In this document: positions 1 through 10,301 of the stretch, in pieces | How positions within the stretch are numbered: position 1 is the first letter of the stretch | Layout: each line of letters opens with the position of its first letter | The notes under the pieces: model-generated | Told to the model about the DNA's origin: nothing | Databases searched by the model: none | What the model saw: only the letters and a program-made list of their open reading frames with translations | Program-made: the position numbers and the translations under genes | Source: Desulfobacterales bacterium | Lineage (GTDB): Bacteria > Desulfobacterota > Desulfobacteria > Desulfobacterales > UBA2174 | Assembly (NCBI GenBank): GCA_963668645.2 | Contig: CAXXWC010000019.1 | Coordinates: 352,001-416,000, forward strand | Length of the DNA stretch: 64,000 nt | Reading direction: 5' to 3'

Positions 1-2
1 CC

Positions 3-791
3 CAGCAGGGGATCACCCAGTTGAACCGGTCGTACACCTCGGTGATGGTTTCCTTCTGCCCCGAACTGGCCCTCACCCAGATCCCCTTTCTGTTCAGAAA
101 CAACCTGATCGCCTGGAAGGTTCTCGACGGTCCTTTCGGCAAGGAGCTGGCCGATGTCTTTTTGAAAAAGACCGGCCTGCGGATCCTGTCCTGGGGTGAA
201 GGGAACGGATTTCGCAACATCTACGCCAAGTTCCAGGTGAAGACCCCCGCCGATTTGAAGGGCGTAAAGGTACGGGTCCCGGAAAATCCCGGCCTGCTGG
301 CCCTTTTCAAGGCGCTGGGAGCACAGACGGTAACCATCACCTGGAAGGAGATCTATACCAGCCTTCAGGCCGGTATGGCGGTGGCCACCGACACCGAACT
401 CAATTCGATGTACTACAAAAAGCTTTACGAAGTGGTGCCGTACGTGACCATGACGCGCCACGCCTATAACATGCACTTTCTGATGATCAACGATGATTTT
501 TACCAGAAGCTCTCACCGGAACACAAACGGGTGATCTGGGAGGCTGCCGCCCTTTACGAAGACGTCACCAACGGCTACTGCCGCGCGGCCGAACTCAAGA
601 CCGCAGAGGAAATGGTCAACGCCGGATGCACCTTCTACTACCCCACGCCGGCTGAAATAAAACAATATAAAGACTTGGCCGTGGAGCCTTATCTGGATAT
701 TATCCGCAAGAAGGTCGACCAGCAATGGATCGACAAGGTTTTCAAGGCTGTTGGCGATGCGGAAAAAGAAATCGACGCCATGGTCCAGTAG
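3..791 (+). CDS. dctP: TRAP transporter substrate-binding protein DctP (5' end outside the window)
   Basis: Frame is open from the window edge. DctP-like motifs GFRN, DLKGVKVRVP, W.EIYTSLQ.G; clear paralogue of the next gene. Confidence 0.85.
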   Translation, partial: QQGITQLNRSYTSVMVSFCPELALTQIPFLFRNNLIAWKVLDGPFGKELADVFLKKTGLRILSWGEGNGFRNIYAKFQVKTPADLKGVKVRVPENPGLLALFKALGAQTVTITWKEIYTSLQAGMAVATDTELNSMYYKKLYEVVPYVTMTRHAYNMHFLMINDDFYQKLSPEHKRVIWEAAALYEDVTNGYCRAAELKTAEEMVNAGCTFYYPTPAEIKQYKDLAVEPYLDIIRKKVDQQWIDKVFKAVGDAEKEIDAMVQ

Positions 792-995
792 CCGACCAAC
801 ACCAGTCGAGGCATAAGCCGAGCCCTGTCCGGTCGCCCCGGCAGGGCTCTGCGTTTTATGGCGGCCCAGCGCAGCCCGCGGCCGCCCCGCTGGCAAATTG
901 GTGCAGCGATGTTCCGCAGCGGCAAGTGGCGATTGCCGGGCCAACCGAAAACCGGCAGGCAAAACAGCCGGCCGATGACGGGCAAGGAGAACGAT

Positions 996-2057
996 GTGAG
1001 AACAATGCGGGGTTTCTGGCCAGCACTGATCAGCGTCCTTTGCTGGACGATGGCCGCAGCCGCTCTGGCCTCACCGGCCTATACCATCAAGCTGGCCCAT
1101 CACAGCCTTGATACCTTCCCCAGCGATCCTCCCGTGGTCAACGCCTATGTCTTCAAAAACGCGGTTGAATTTCTCTCCGATGGGGACATAGAAGTCAAAA
1201 TCTACCCCAACCGCCTGCTTGGAAACGCCCGCGAAGTGGTCGAATCCACCCAGCTGGGCATCATCCAGGCCTGCCTGACCTTCACCTCGGTCTTTACCCT
1301 CTATTCCAAGGAAGTCGCGCTGCTGCAGATCCCCTTTATCTTTCCCAACGAAGAGGTGGCCATCCGTGTGCTCAGGGGCCCCTTCGGCCAGGACCTGGCG
1401 GAAAAGATCCGCAAAGAGACCGGCATCCGGGTCCTCAACTGGTCCGAGGGATGCGGATTTCGCCAGTTTTTCAGCACCCGGCCGATCCGCTCCACGGATG
1501 ACATGCGCGGCCTGAAAATCCGGGTCCCGGAAAACGAGGGTCTGTTCAGGATGTTCAAAACCCTGGGGGCCGATCCGGTGATCATCCCCTGGAGCGAACT
1601 GTATATCGCCCTGCAAAACGGTGAGGCCTCGATCTGTGAAACGGAGATTCAATCGGGGCTCATCATCCAGCTCAACGATATCATGAAATACCTGAGCATC
1701 AGCCGCCACGCGTACAACGTCGAACCGCTGTTGATCAACGATGCCTGGTTCCGGAAACTGCCCGGCCGCTACCAGCGCATCATCCTCAAGGCCGCCGATC
1801 AGGCCGACCGGGCCGCCACGGGCCACAGCCGCACCGGTGAACTCATCGCCCTGCAGGCATTCAAAAAAACGGGCATGAACGTCTCGTATATGACCCCCGA
1901 TCAGCGCGAAGCCTTTCGCCAACAGGCCCAGCCCACCTATCTGAGCTGGATAGAAAAGGAGGTCGGGCGCAAATGGCTGGACCGCTTCATTACGGCCGTC
2001 GACCTGGAAACCCGCAAATGGGACGCGGAAATCACCGCCCGCATCGCCGGGCATTAA
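996..2057 (+). CDS. dctP: TRAP transporter substrate-binding protein DctP
   Basis: AAGGAG precedes GTG996/ATG1005; signal peptide; IKLAH, IYPN..LG, DMRGLKIRVP, ELYIALQNG motifs. Confidence 0.88.
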   Translation: MRTMRGFWPALISVLCWTMAAAALASPAYTIKLAHHSLDTFPSDPPVVNAYVFKNAVEFLSDGDIEVKIYPNRLLGNAREVVESTQLGIIQACLTFTSVFTLYSKEVALLQIPFIFPNEEVAIRVLRGPFGQDLAEKIRKETGIRVLNWSEGCGFRQFFSTRPIRSTDDMRGLKIRVPENEGLFRMFKTLGADPVIIPWSELYIALQNGEASICETEIQSGLIIQLNDIMKYLSISRHAYNVEPLLINDAWFRKLPGRYQRIILKAADQADRAATGHSRTGELIALQAFKKTGMNVSYMTPDQREAFRQQAQPTYLSWIEKEVGRKWLDRFITAVDLETRKWDAEITARIAGH

Positions 2058-2088
2058 AAACGCCAGACATCCGGCGGATCGTGGCATT

Positions 2089-4299
2089 ATGAACGGCCGC
2101 AAACCGATTCATCCCATGCTGCCGGCCAAACCGCATACCGGCCTGCGGGCATACCGGCATTTGGCGCTTGCAGCCATCTGGCTGCAGCTGCTGTTTTTCA
2201 TGCCGGGCTGCTCGTCCGGCAACGCTGACGCCTTGTCACCGGCTGAAAAAAAGTGGCTCCAGGCCCACGGGGACCAAATCCGCCTGGTCGAGTTCGACCG
2301 GCTCCCGCCGATCGAATTTGTCGACCAGGACGGCCAGTGGGTCGGGTATACCGCCGATGTGATCCACCTGCTTGAAGCGCGGCTGGGGATAACCTTCAAA
2401 CGGATCCGAAGCAGCAACATCCCCCGCATCATCCAGCAGTTCCGCTACAACGAAGCCGATCTGAAAGGCAGCTTTCCCAAGACCGGAGACCGTTCGGCGT
2501 ACATGTTTTTCACCGATCCCTACCTGACCGTTCCCCACGCCATAATCGTGCGCAAGGATCAAAAGGGGCTGGTTTCCCTCGATGATCTCGAGGGGCGCAT
2601 CATCGGGGTCGTGGATGAATATTTTATCCACTCCTACCTCAAGGCCAACTACCCGTACCTGAATTTCGTTACCGTCTCCAACGACCTGGTCGGGCTCCAG
2701 AAGCTGGCCTTCAACCAGTTCGACGCCATGGTGAGCAACCTGGCCACCGCCTCTTATCTGATCGAAAAAGAAGGGTTTACCAACCTGCGCATCGCGGGCC
2801 GGATCAACGAGCCGAGCCGCTTTTCATTTGCCACCAACAAAAAGTCGCCGATCCTGCATCAGATTATCCGCAAGGGGCTCGGCATGATTTCAAGCGATGA
2901 AAAGCGCGTTCTTTACAAAAAATGGATCGGCCAGGAGTGGTTCTACTTTTTGTACAATAAGAAGCTTTGGTACATCACCACCGGCATCTCGATACTCGTT
3001 TTGGCAACCGTCGTGTGCGTGCTCGGATGGAATCGGGTGCTCCAGCGGCAGGTGAATCAGAAAACCATCGCCTTGCAGCGCGAACTGACCGAACGCCAAA
3101 AGCTGGAACGCCAGATGCTCAGTGCCCAGAAACTCGAGGCCATCGGCACCTTTGCAGGCGGGATCGCCCACGACTTCAACAACACGCTGGGCACCATCAT
3201 CGGCTATTGTGAAATGCTGGAAATGTTCAGCGTCGAGGATGGAAGCGACCAGTCCAACTATATTAAACAGATCCTCAGAGCCTCGTACCGGGCCAAGGAA
3301 ATGGTCCAGCAGATTCTGACCTTCAGCAACCCCGGTGAAAAGGAGAAGGGGCCGATCCTGGTGGCGCCCATCGTCGAGGAGGTCATGGAGTTTTTGACGG
3401 CCTCGCTGCCCTCGAATATTCGCGTCACCAAGACGTGCAGCGACTCGGATCTGGTGGTTGTCGCCAATGCCACCCAGGTGCATCGCATCCTGATGAACTG
3501 TTCGGTCAACGCGGCCCAGGCGATGAAGACCACCGGCGGCGAGCTGGAGATCACCGTCGCCTCGACCATGGCGCTGCCATCCAAATCGCTGCGGCTGGCG
3601 GCGCTTGCCGGCGACGGTTACGTGGTCTTCGGTATCCGCGATACCGGAACGGGCATGGATCCCGAGACGATTGAACGAATCTTCGATCCTTTCTTTACGA
3701 CCAAGGGGCCGGACGAGGGCACCGGAATGGGCTTGTCCGTGGTGCACGGAATCGTCAAGGACCTGGCCGGTGCCATCCATGTGGACAGCGAACCGGGAAA
3801 GGGCAGCTGCCTTCATATCTATATCCCGCGTTACACCGGCGACTATGCGGCATCGGAAGCGGGCGCCGCCCTGGACGACTTCGCCGGCCAGGGCGAAATT
3901 CTCTTCGTCGACGACCATGAACCGCTTTGCGATTTCGCCCAAAAAAGTCTTTCACGCCTCGGATACAACGTGACCACCTTCACCAGCAGCTCCCAGGCCA
4001 TCCAGGCCTTCTGGCGCGATCCGGACAGATTCGATCTGGTCATCACCGATTACACGATGCCCGAACTCAACGGACTCGAACTGGCCGAGGAGATTTTGGC
4101 CATGCGCCCGGACTTGCCGGTGGTCATGTGTTCGGGCTATCTTTCCTCCCTTTCGGCCAAGGAGATCGAGCGCGCCGGAATCCGCCAGCTGCTCAAAAAA
4201 CCGTTGGGCGCCTATGGGCTGATCCGTTGCGTCCGGCGCGAACTGGAAAACCGCCATACCACCAGGAACGAAAATGTCGAAAGTGCTGATCATCGATGA
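2089..4299 (+). CDS. Hybrid sensor histidine kinase (periplasmic binding domain, TM, HisKA/HATPase, receiver)
   Basis: H-box AGGIAHDFNN, DTGTGM, FFTTK, GTGMGL; C-terminal receiver (LFVDD, ITDYTMP). Start codon uncertain. Confidence 0.92.
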   Translation: MNGRKPIHPMLPAKPHTGLRAYRHLALAAIWLQLLFFMPGCSSGNADALSPAEKKWLQAHGDQIRLVEFDRLPPIEFVDQDGQWVGYTADVIHLLEARLGITFKRIRSSNIPRIIQQFRYNEADLKGSFPKTGDRSAYMFFTDPYLTVPHAIIVRKDQKGLVSLDDLEGRIIGVVDEYFIHSYLKANYPYLNFVTVSNDLVGLQKLAFNQFDAMVSNLATASYLIEKEGFTNLRIAGRINEPSRFSFATNKKSPILHQIIRKGLGMISSDEKRVLYKKWIGQEWFYFLYNKKLWYITTGISILVLATVVCVLGWNRVLQRQVNQKTIALQRELTERQKLERQMLSAQKLEAIGTFAGGIAHDFNNTLGTIIGYCEMLEMFSVEDGSDQSNYIKQILRASYRAKEMVQQILTFSNPGEKEKGPILVAPIVEEVMEFLTASLPSNIRVTKTCSDSDLVVVANATQVHRILMNCSVNAAQAMKTTGGELEITVASTMALPSKSLRLAALAGDGYVVFGIRDTGTGMDPETIERIFDPFFTTKGPDEGTGMGLSVVHGIVKDLAGAIHVDSEPGKGSCLHIYIPRYTGDYAASEAGAALDDFAGQGEILFVDDHEPLCDFAQKSLSRLGYNVTTFTSSSQAIQAFWRDPDRFDLVITDYTMPELNGLELAEEILAMRPDLPVVMCSGYLSSLSAKEIERAGIRQLLKKPLGAYGLIRCVRRELENRHTTRNENVESADHR

Positions 4300-5827
4300 C
4301 GACGAATCCATGTGTCAGATGCTGGCCGCGCTGGTTCGCGAAATCGGCCACCAGGCCGAATACGCCCTGACTTTGGCCGAGGGGTTGCGCGCGGCCCAGG
4401 CCACCCCCTTTGATATCGTGTTTCTGGATGTCAAGATGCCGGACGGCAATGGGCTGGATATCCTGGGCACCATCAAGCAAAGTCCCTCCCGTCCTGAGGT
4501 GGTCATTATCACGGGTGCCGGAAATGCCGACGGGGCCGAGCTGGCCATCCGCACCGGGGCCTGGGACTATCTGCAAAAACCGCTTTCGCCCAGGGAGATC
4601 GTGGTGCCGCTGGAGCGGGTACTGGCACGCCGGGATCAGCGGCGAGAATCCCCCTGTGCCGGCAAAGAATTCAAACGCGACGGCATTCTCGGCGAGAGCC
4701 CGCAGTTGATGGCCTGCCTTAAGGAAATGATCAAGGCGGCCGGCAGCGAGGCCAACGTGCTCGTCACCGGGGGCACCGGGACCGGCAAGGAACTGTTTTC
4801 CCGCGCCATCCATGCCAACAGCAAACGGTGCGCCAAGCCTTTCGTCGTGGTGGACTGTGCATCCCTGACCGAGACCTTGATCAAGTCCACCCTTTTCGGG
4901 CACGAAAGGGGCGCCTTCACCGGCGCCGACCGCTCCCTGGACGGCTTGGTCAAGATCGCCGACGGCGGAACGCTCTTTCTGGACGAAATCGGTGAGTTGA
5001 GCCTCTCGAGCCAGAAGTTTTTCCTGCGCTTTCTCGAAGACCGGCACTTTCGCCCCTTGGGCAGCCACCGGGAGATCACGAGCAACTTCAGGCTGATCTG
5101 CGCCACCAACCGCAACCTGGAACAGATGGCGGCCGAGGGGACGTTCCGCCGCGACCTGCTCTACCGGGTATGCACCATCAGACTCGAGCTGCCGGCGCTC
5201 AAGGACCGGCCCAGCGACATCCCCCTGCTCGCGCGCCACTATGCAGCCCTGTTCTGCCGCAAGTACCATAACGACCCCAAGGAACTGACCCCCGGCTTTC
5301 TGGAAGCCCTGCAAAACTACAGCTGGCCCGGCAATGTGCGCGAATTCGTCAACTGCCTCGAAGAGGCGGTCAACGACGCCGGCACCGACCCCGCGCTGTA
5401 CCAGCAGCACCTGCCTGCCGGGATCCGCATCGCGGCCTTCAAGTCGACCATGGCCACCGACGCGCCGGCGCAAGAATTTTCAGACGAAAAAGACGCCACG
5501 GGCAGATCGGAACAGGCAGCGCCCGCACTTGCGGACCTTTCGTACGGGGAGCCGGCCGACGCCACCGCCACGCTCAAAGACGCCCTCTTGCAGGTCTTTG
5601 AACCGCTGGCAACGGCCGAAACATTGCCGAAATTCAGCCTGTACCGCGACGAAGTGCTTTCAGCGGCGGAAAAAGGCTACTTCAAGCGTCTGATCAGCAT
5701 CGCCCAGGGCAACATCAAAGCCGCCTGCAACATGAGCGGCATGAGCCGCAGCCGCCTCTACTGCCAGCTGAAAAGATACGGGATTTCGAGAATGGGCTGG
5801 CCGGAGGAAAACGAAGACAGTCATTGA
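4274..5827 (+). CDS. Sigma54-dependent response regulator (NtrC family)
   Basis: Receiver LIIDDD/FLDVKMP; Walker A GGTGTGKE; GAFTGA; WPGNVRE; C-terminal Fis-type HTH. Confidence 0.95.
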   Translation: MSKVLIIDDDESMCQMLAALVREIGHQAEYALTLAEGLRAAQATPFDIVFLDVKMPDGNGLDILGTIKQSPSRPEVVIITGAGNADGAELAIRTGAWDYLQKPLSPREIVVPLERVLARRDQRRESPCAGKEFKRDGILGESPQLMACLKEMIKAAGSEANVLVTGGTGTGKELFSRAIHANSKRCAKPFVVVDCASLTETLIKSTLFGHERGAFTGADRSLDGLVKIADGGTLFLDEIGELSLSSQKFFLRFLEDRHFRPLGSHREITSNFRLICATNRNLEQMAAEGTFRRDLLYRVCTIRLELPALKDRPSDIPLLARHYAALFCRKYHNDPKELTPGFLEALQNYSWPGNVREFVNCLEEAVNDAGTDPALYQQHLPAGIRIAAFKSTMATDAPAQEFSDEKDATGRSEQAAPALADLSYGEPADATATLKDALLQVFEPLATAETLPKFSLYRDEVLSAAEKGYFKRLISIAQGNIKAACNMSGMSRSRLYCQLKRYGISRMGWPEENEDSH

Positions 5828-5920
5828 ACAACCGGCATGCCGCCGGCCGTCCTTTTGGCGGTCGATATGGCCCGGCGCCCGGACCGGTGGCTTGCATCGG
5901 CCGGGCGCGCATCCCTCGGC

Positions 5921-8900
5921 TCACTTTGCAGACAACGGCTCATCGCCCGCCGTCAGGGCCGGTGCCGGCCGGGCTTTCCGCCGGCGTCCGGTCAGGCGGG
6001 CAAAATCGTCGGTGATCAGAAAGAGCGAGGGGACCAGCACCAGGGTGATCATGGTGGCGAACAGGACGCCGAACCCGAGGCTGACGGCCATGGGGATCAT
6101 CATGCGGGCCTGGACCGACTTTTCCAGGATCATCGGCATCAACCCGCCGAAGGTGGTCAGGGTGGTCAGGAGGATCGGCCTGAAGCGCTGGACACCGGCG
6201 GCGTGGATGGCCTCAAAGGGTGTCAGCCCATCGTGCACCTTGCGATTGGCCAGGTCGATGAGCACCAGCGAGTCGTTGACCACCACCCCGGAAAGCGCCA
6301 CCACGCCGAAGATGCTGTTCACCGACAGCGAATAGCCCATTATCAGATGCCCGATGACGGCCCCGATCATCCCGAAGGGAATGCTGCCCATGATGATCAG
6401 CGGCTGGACGTAGCTCTTGAACGGTACGGCCAGAAGCGCGTAGATCCCGAAGAGCGCAAAGGCCAGGCCCATGAACAGGGCGCTTAAGCTCTCGCGGATG
6501 TCGGCCTGGTGCCCCTCGAAGCTGTACGAGAGCCCGGGATGGCGCTTGACCAGTGCGGGCAGGATGCTCTTTTTCAGCTCCTGCATCACGTTCTCCGACT
6601 GGGCCGGCGGATTGACGTTGGCCGTCACCTCGATGTCGCGCTGGCCGTTGGTACGCTCGATGCGGGTGTAGGCCCGGCCCGGGATCATCTGCACCGCGTC
6701 GCGCAGCATCACCTCGCCCTTGGGGGCCTGGAGCACCAGGTTCTCCAGGGTCGCCTCGGTGACCCGTTCGTTCTCGGGCAGCCTCACCCGCACGGTCACC
6801 TCGTTTCTGCCGCGCTGCTGGCGCAAGGCCTCGGCCCCCTGGAAGGCGTAGCGCACCTGGGCCCCCACCGCCTGGCTGGTCAGGCCCATGCGCTCTCCCA
6901 GCGGTTTGAGCCGGATGTCGTACTGGCGCTTGCCCCGGGCCGATCCGTCGTCCACGTCATGGACGATGGAAAACCCGGCCAGTTCTGTCGCCAGGTCCTC
7001 GCCGGCACGTTCCAGTTCCTCCTTGTTCCTGTGGCTGAGCCTCACGGTGAGGTTCTTGCCCGAACCGGGGCCGCCCATGTTCGACTCGAAGCGGATCGTC
7101 TCCAGGCCGGAAATGGTTCCGCTGCGCCGGCGCCACAATTCGGTGACCCGGGCGGTGGACAGCGGCCGCCGGTCCGCCTCGGTGAGATAGAGCCGGATGG
7201 TGATGGTGTTGTCCGAGACGGTGCTGAGCACCCCCTTGGAAAGGGCCGCGCCGCCGTTTTCAGCCACCACCGCCTTTCCCGCCGCTACCAGATGCTGCTC
7301 CACGGCCTGCAGCCGCGCCTTGGCAACCCCGTAAGGCAGGGTGGCGGCGCAGTACGCGTAATCGGACTCCACCCGCGGAAACAGCTCCATGCCCATGCGC
7401 CCGGAGGCCACATAACCGCCCACGGCGAGCATCAGCGCCAGCCCCAGCCCCACCACGGTGTAGCGCCAGCGCACCGCCAGATCCAAAAAGGCACCGAAGC
7501 GATTGCGCACAAATCGTTCGAAGGCCAGGCTGAAGCGCTCCTGGCAGCTTTCGAGGTGGTTCAAAGGCCAGATGGCACGGCTGCGGCTGCGGTGGGCCAG
7601 GTGGGCCGGCAGGATGAAGAGGCTCTCGATGAGCGAGACACCGAAGACGGCGGCCACCACCAGGGGGATGACCTTGAAGACCTTGCCCATGAATCCGGGG
7701 ATGAACATCAGCGGCAGGAAGGCCACCAGGTTGGTCAGCACGCTGAAAACCACCGGCATGGCCACCTCCCGGGTTCCGGCCACCGAGGCTTCGAGCAGGC
7801 CCATGCCCTGGCGCCGGCGGTGGTAGATGTTCTCACCCACCACCACCGCGTCGTCCACCACGATCCCCAAGGTCACGATGAAGGCGAACATGGAGATCAT
7901 GTTGATGGAAAAATCGGCGGCCGAAAGGAAGATGAACGACCCCATAAAGGAGATGGGAATCCCCAGGCTGACCCAGAAGGCCAGCCTGGTCTCGAGAAAC
8001 AGGGCCAGAAGGACAAAAACCAGCGCCAGTCCCAGATAGGCGTTGTTGAGCAGCAGTTCGGCACGCTCGGTGAAGATCTGCGAACCGTCCCGCAGCGGGG
8101 TCAGCGACAGCCCGCCAGGCAGGGTGCGGTTCATCCGCGCCAGCACCGTCCGGGCCGCCTCGGCCACCTCGCGCGGGGTCTGGTCGCCCACCCGGTAGAC
8201 CTCAATCATCACCGCCGGCTGGCCGTCGAAATCGGCCCAGGTGTGGCTGTCCTCGAACCCTTCGCGCACCGTGGCCACGTCCGAGAGCAGGATCCGCGAG
8301 CCGTCCTGGAAGGTCAGCAACGGGAGCTGCCCGTACTGCCTGGCATCGGTGCGCCGGTCCTTGACGCGCACCAGGATGTCGCCGCCGGAGGTCCTGAGGC
8401 TGCCGCCGCCCAGTTCCACCGAGGCGGCGGCGATGGCATCGGCCGCATCGCCGAGGGTCATGCCGTAGCGGCGCAGCACCGCCTGGGGGATCTCCACATG
8501 GATCTCGTAGTCCTTGACACCGGTCAGCTCCACCTGGGTGATGTGTTCGTTGAGCAGCAGCTCGTCGCGCACCTGGTCGGCCGCGGCGCGCAGGGTGGCC
8601 TCGTCGGCGTTGCCGTGCAGTGCCAGGGTAATCACGCCACGCTTGTGGCTGGCAATGGCGATCTGGGGTTCTTCGGCCTCCTCGGGGAAGGTGGAAATGC
8701 GGTCGACCTCGCTCTTGATCTCCTGCCACAACCGGGTGACGTCGGCCCCCTCGATGGCCTCCACCGTGATGGTGGCGCTGCCTTCGGCGGCCGTGGCGCT
8801 GACCTCATCGATCCCCTCGAGCCCCTCGATGGCCTCCTCGATGGCCAGCACGATCCCGTTTTCCACCTCCTCGGGGCTGGCACCGGGATAAGAGACGGTG

Positions 8901-9064
8901 ATCTGCACCGTGTCGAGGGCAAAATCAGGAAAAACCTCCTGCTTGAGGTTGAAGCCGACGAGCAGCCCGCCGACGAGAAACACGAACATCAACAGGTTGG
9001 CGATCACCGAGTTGCCCGCCATCCAGGCCAGGGGCCCGGCCAGGGACGTTTCACGCTCGCGCAT
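5921..9064 (-). CDS. RND efflux transporter permease (AcrB/AcrD/AcrF family)
   Basis: 1047 aa; GIVVDDAVVVGEN, RFRPILLTTLTT, YPGASPEEVE motifs. Confidence 0.95.
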   Translation of the reverse strand: MRERETSLAGPLAWMAGNSVIANLLMFVFLVGGLLVGFNLKQEVFPDFALDTVQITVSYPGASPEEVENGIVLAIEEAIEGLEGIDEVSATAAEGSATITVEAIEGADVTRLWQEIKSEVDRISTFPEEAEEPQIAIASHKRGVITLALHGNADEATLRAAADQVRDELLLNEHITQVELTGVKDYEIHVEIPQAVLRRYGMTLGDAADAIAAASVELGGGSLRTSGGDILVRVKDRRTDARQYGQLPLLTFQDGSRILLSDVATVREGFEDSHTWADFDGQPAVMIEVYRVGDQTPREVAEAARTVLARMNRTLPGGLSLTPLRDGSQIFTERAELLLNNAYLGLALVFVLLALFLETRLAFWVSLGIPISFMGSFIFLSAADFSINMISMFAFIVTLGIVVDDAVVVGENIYHRRRQGMGLLEASVAGTREVAMPVVFSVLTNLVAFLPLMFIPGFMGKVFKVIPLVVAAVFGVSLIESLFILPAHLAHRSRSRAIWPLNHLESCQERFSLAFERFVRNRFGAFLDLAVRWRYTVVGLGLALMLAVGGYVASGRMGMELFPRVESDYAYCAATLPYGVAKARLQAVEQHLVAAGKAVVAENGGAALSKGVLSTVSDNTITIRLYLTEADRRPLSTARVTELWRRRSGTISGLETIRFESNMGGPGSGKNLTVRLSHRNKEELERAGEDLATELAGFSIVHDVDDGSARGKRQYDIRLKPLGERMGLTSQAVGAQVRYAFQGAEALRQQRGRNEVTVRVRLPENERVTEATLENLVLQAPKGEVMLRDAVQMIPGRAYTRIERTNGQRDIEVTANVNPPAQSENVMQELKKSILPALVKRHPGLSYSFEGHQADIRESLSALFMGLAFALFGIYALLAVPFKSYVQPLIIMGSIPFGMIGAVIGHLIMGYSLSVNSIFGVVALSGVVVNDSLVLIDLANRKVHDGLTPFEAIHAAGVQRFRPILLTTLTTFGGLMPMILEKSVQARMMIPMAVSLGFGVLFATMITLVLVPSLFLITDDFARLTGRRRKARPAPALTAGDEPLSAK

Positions 9065-9067
9065 GGA

Positions 9068-10276
9068 TCAACTCTCTTTCGTGGCGGCGGGAGCAGTGTC
9101 CTGCGGTTCGACCACCTTCAGCGACATCCCCTGGACCGGGCTGGACAGCGCCGAAACCACCACCTGTTCACCGGCGGCAAGCCCGCTTTGGATGTAGACC
9201 TTGTCGCTGCTCTTCCAGGCCAGGGTCACCGGCCGGATATCCAGGCTGTTGCCGTTGCAGACCCAGACCGTGCCGCCGTCCTGCAAGGCGGCCCGGGGCA
9301 GTTCGATCACCGCCGCAAGCGGCCGGCCGGTGATGACGACGTTGACATAGTCGTCGATCATCAGCCGTTGGGCCGACAGATCGGCGCCCGGGCCGAGAGG
9401 ATCGGCCACCGCCACGATCACGGTGGCCATGCGGCTGGTCTCGCTGAGCTTGCCGGTGATGCGCACCACCTTTCCGTTCCAGCGCCCGCCCCCGGCCTGG
9501 GAGCGGACCTGCACCGGGCAGCCGCCGGGATAATCGAAATCGATGTGCGCCAGATCGTCCAGGGAGACCACCGCCTCGACCCAGAACTCGTCCGTGCCCA
9601 CCACGGTGGCCAGGCTGCTGCCGGCCGAAACATAGGCCCCCAGATTGACGCTGCGTTCGAGCACCAGGGCGTTGAAGGGAACACGCACCACGGTCCGTTC
9701 CAGGTCGAGCCGGGCCTGGCGCAGATCGGCCTCGGCGCTGGCCACAACGGCCTCGGCCTGCTGCAACTGGGGCTTGCGCAGGGCCAAATCGGTGCGCGGG
9801 ATGGCCTCGGGCGAAGACCGGGCCAGCAACCGGTATTCCTCGCGGGCGATGGTCTGGCTCCCCTCCTCGATGGCCAGGGCGGCCCGGGCCTCGGCCAGCG
9901 CGCTTTGAGCCTTTTGCACGTCCACCTCGTAATCGGAAGGATCGAGCCTGAGCAGCACCTCGCCCTTGGCCAGGCGCCCGCCGGGAACGAACTGGCCGGC
10001 CACCTGGCGCACCTCCCCGGCCACCCGGGCCTTCAAGGTTACCTCCCGGGAGGCGACCACGGTCCCCATGGCTTCGACCATGGTCGGGGAATCGGTCTGG
10101 CGTGCGGCCTGGACCTGAACCACGGTGGCTTCTCGCTGGGGTGCGGCCCGGGGCACCACCGGAGCGGTGGCCTTGAAAAAGGCCCAGGCCCCGCCGCCGG
10201 CCGCGATGAGCATCAAGGGGAGCAACACCTTGGCAAATTTGACGAAAAAACGCTTCGCCCTAGACTCTTGGGACAT
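9068..10276 (-). CDS. RND efflux periplasmic adaptor (membrane fusion protein)
   Basis: N-terminal anchor, lipoyl-like halves flanking an alpha-hairpin (LERTVVRVPF); lies between OMF and RND genes. Confidence 0.92.
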   Translation of the reverse strand: MSQESRAKRFFVKFAKVLLPLMLIAAGGGAWAFFKATAPVVPRAAPQREATVVQVQAARQTDSPTMVEAMGTVVASREVTLKARVAGEVRQVAGQFVPGGRLAKGEVLLRLDPSDYEVDVQKAQSALAEARAALAIEEGSQTIAREEYRLLARSSPEAIPRTDLALRKPQLQQAEAVVASAEADLRQARLDLERTVVRVPFNALVLERSVNLGAYVSAGSSLATVVGTDEFWVEAVVSLDDLAHIDFDYPGGCPVQVRSQAGGGRWNGKVVRITGKLSETSRMATVIVAVADPLGPGADLSAQRLMIDDYVNVVITGRPLAAVIELPRAALQDGGTVWVCNGNSLDIRPVTLAWKSSDKVYIQSGLAAGEQVVVSALSSPVQGMSLKVVEPQDTAPAATKES

Positions 10277-10301
10277 GGTTCACCGTTCCATGGGACTGTG
10301 G

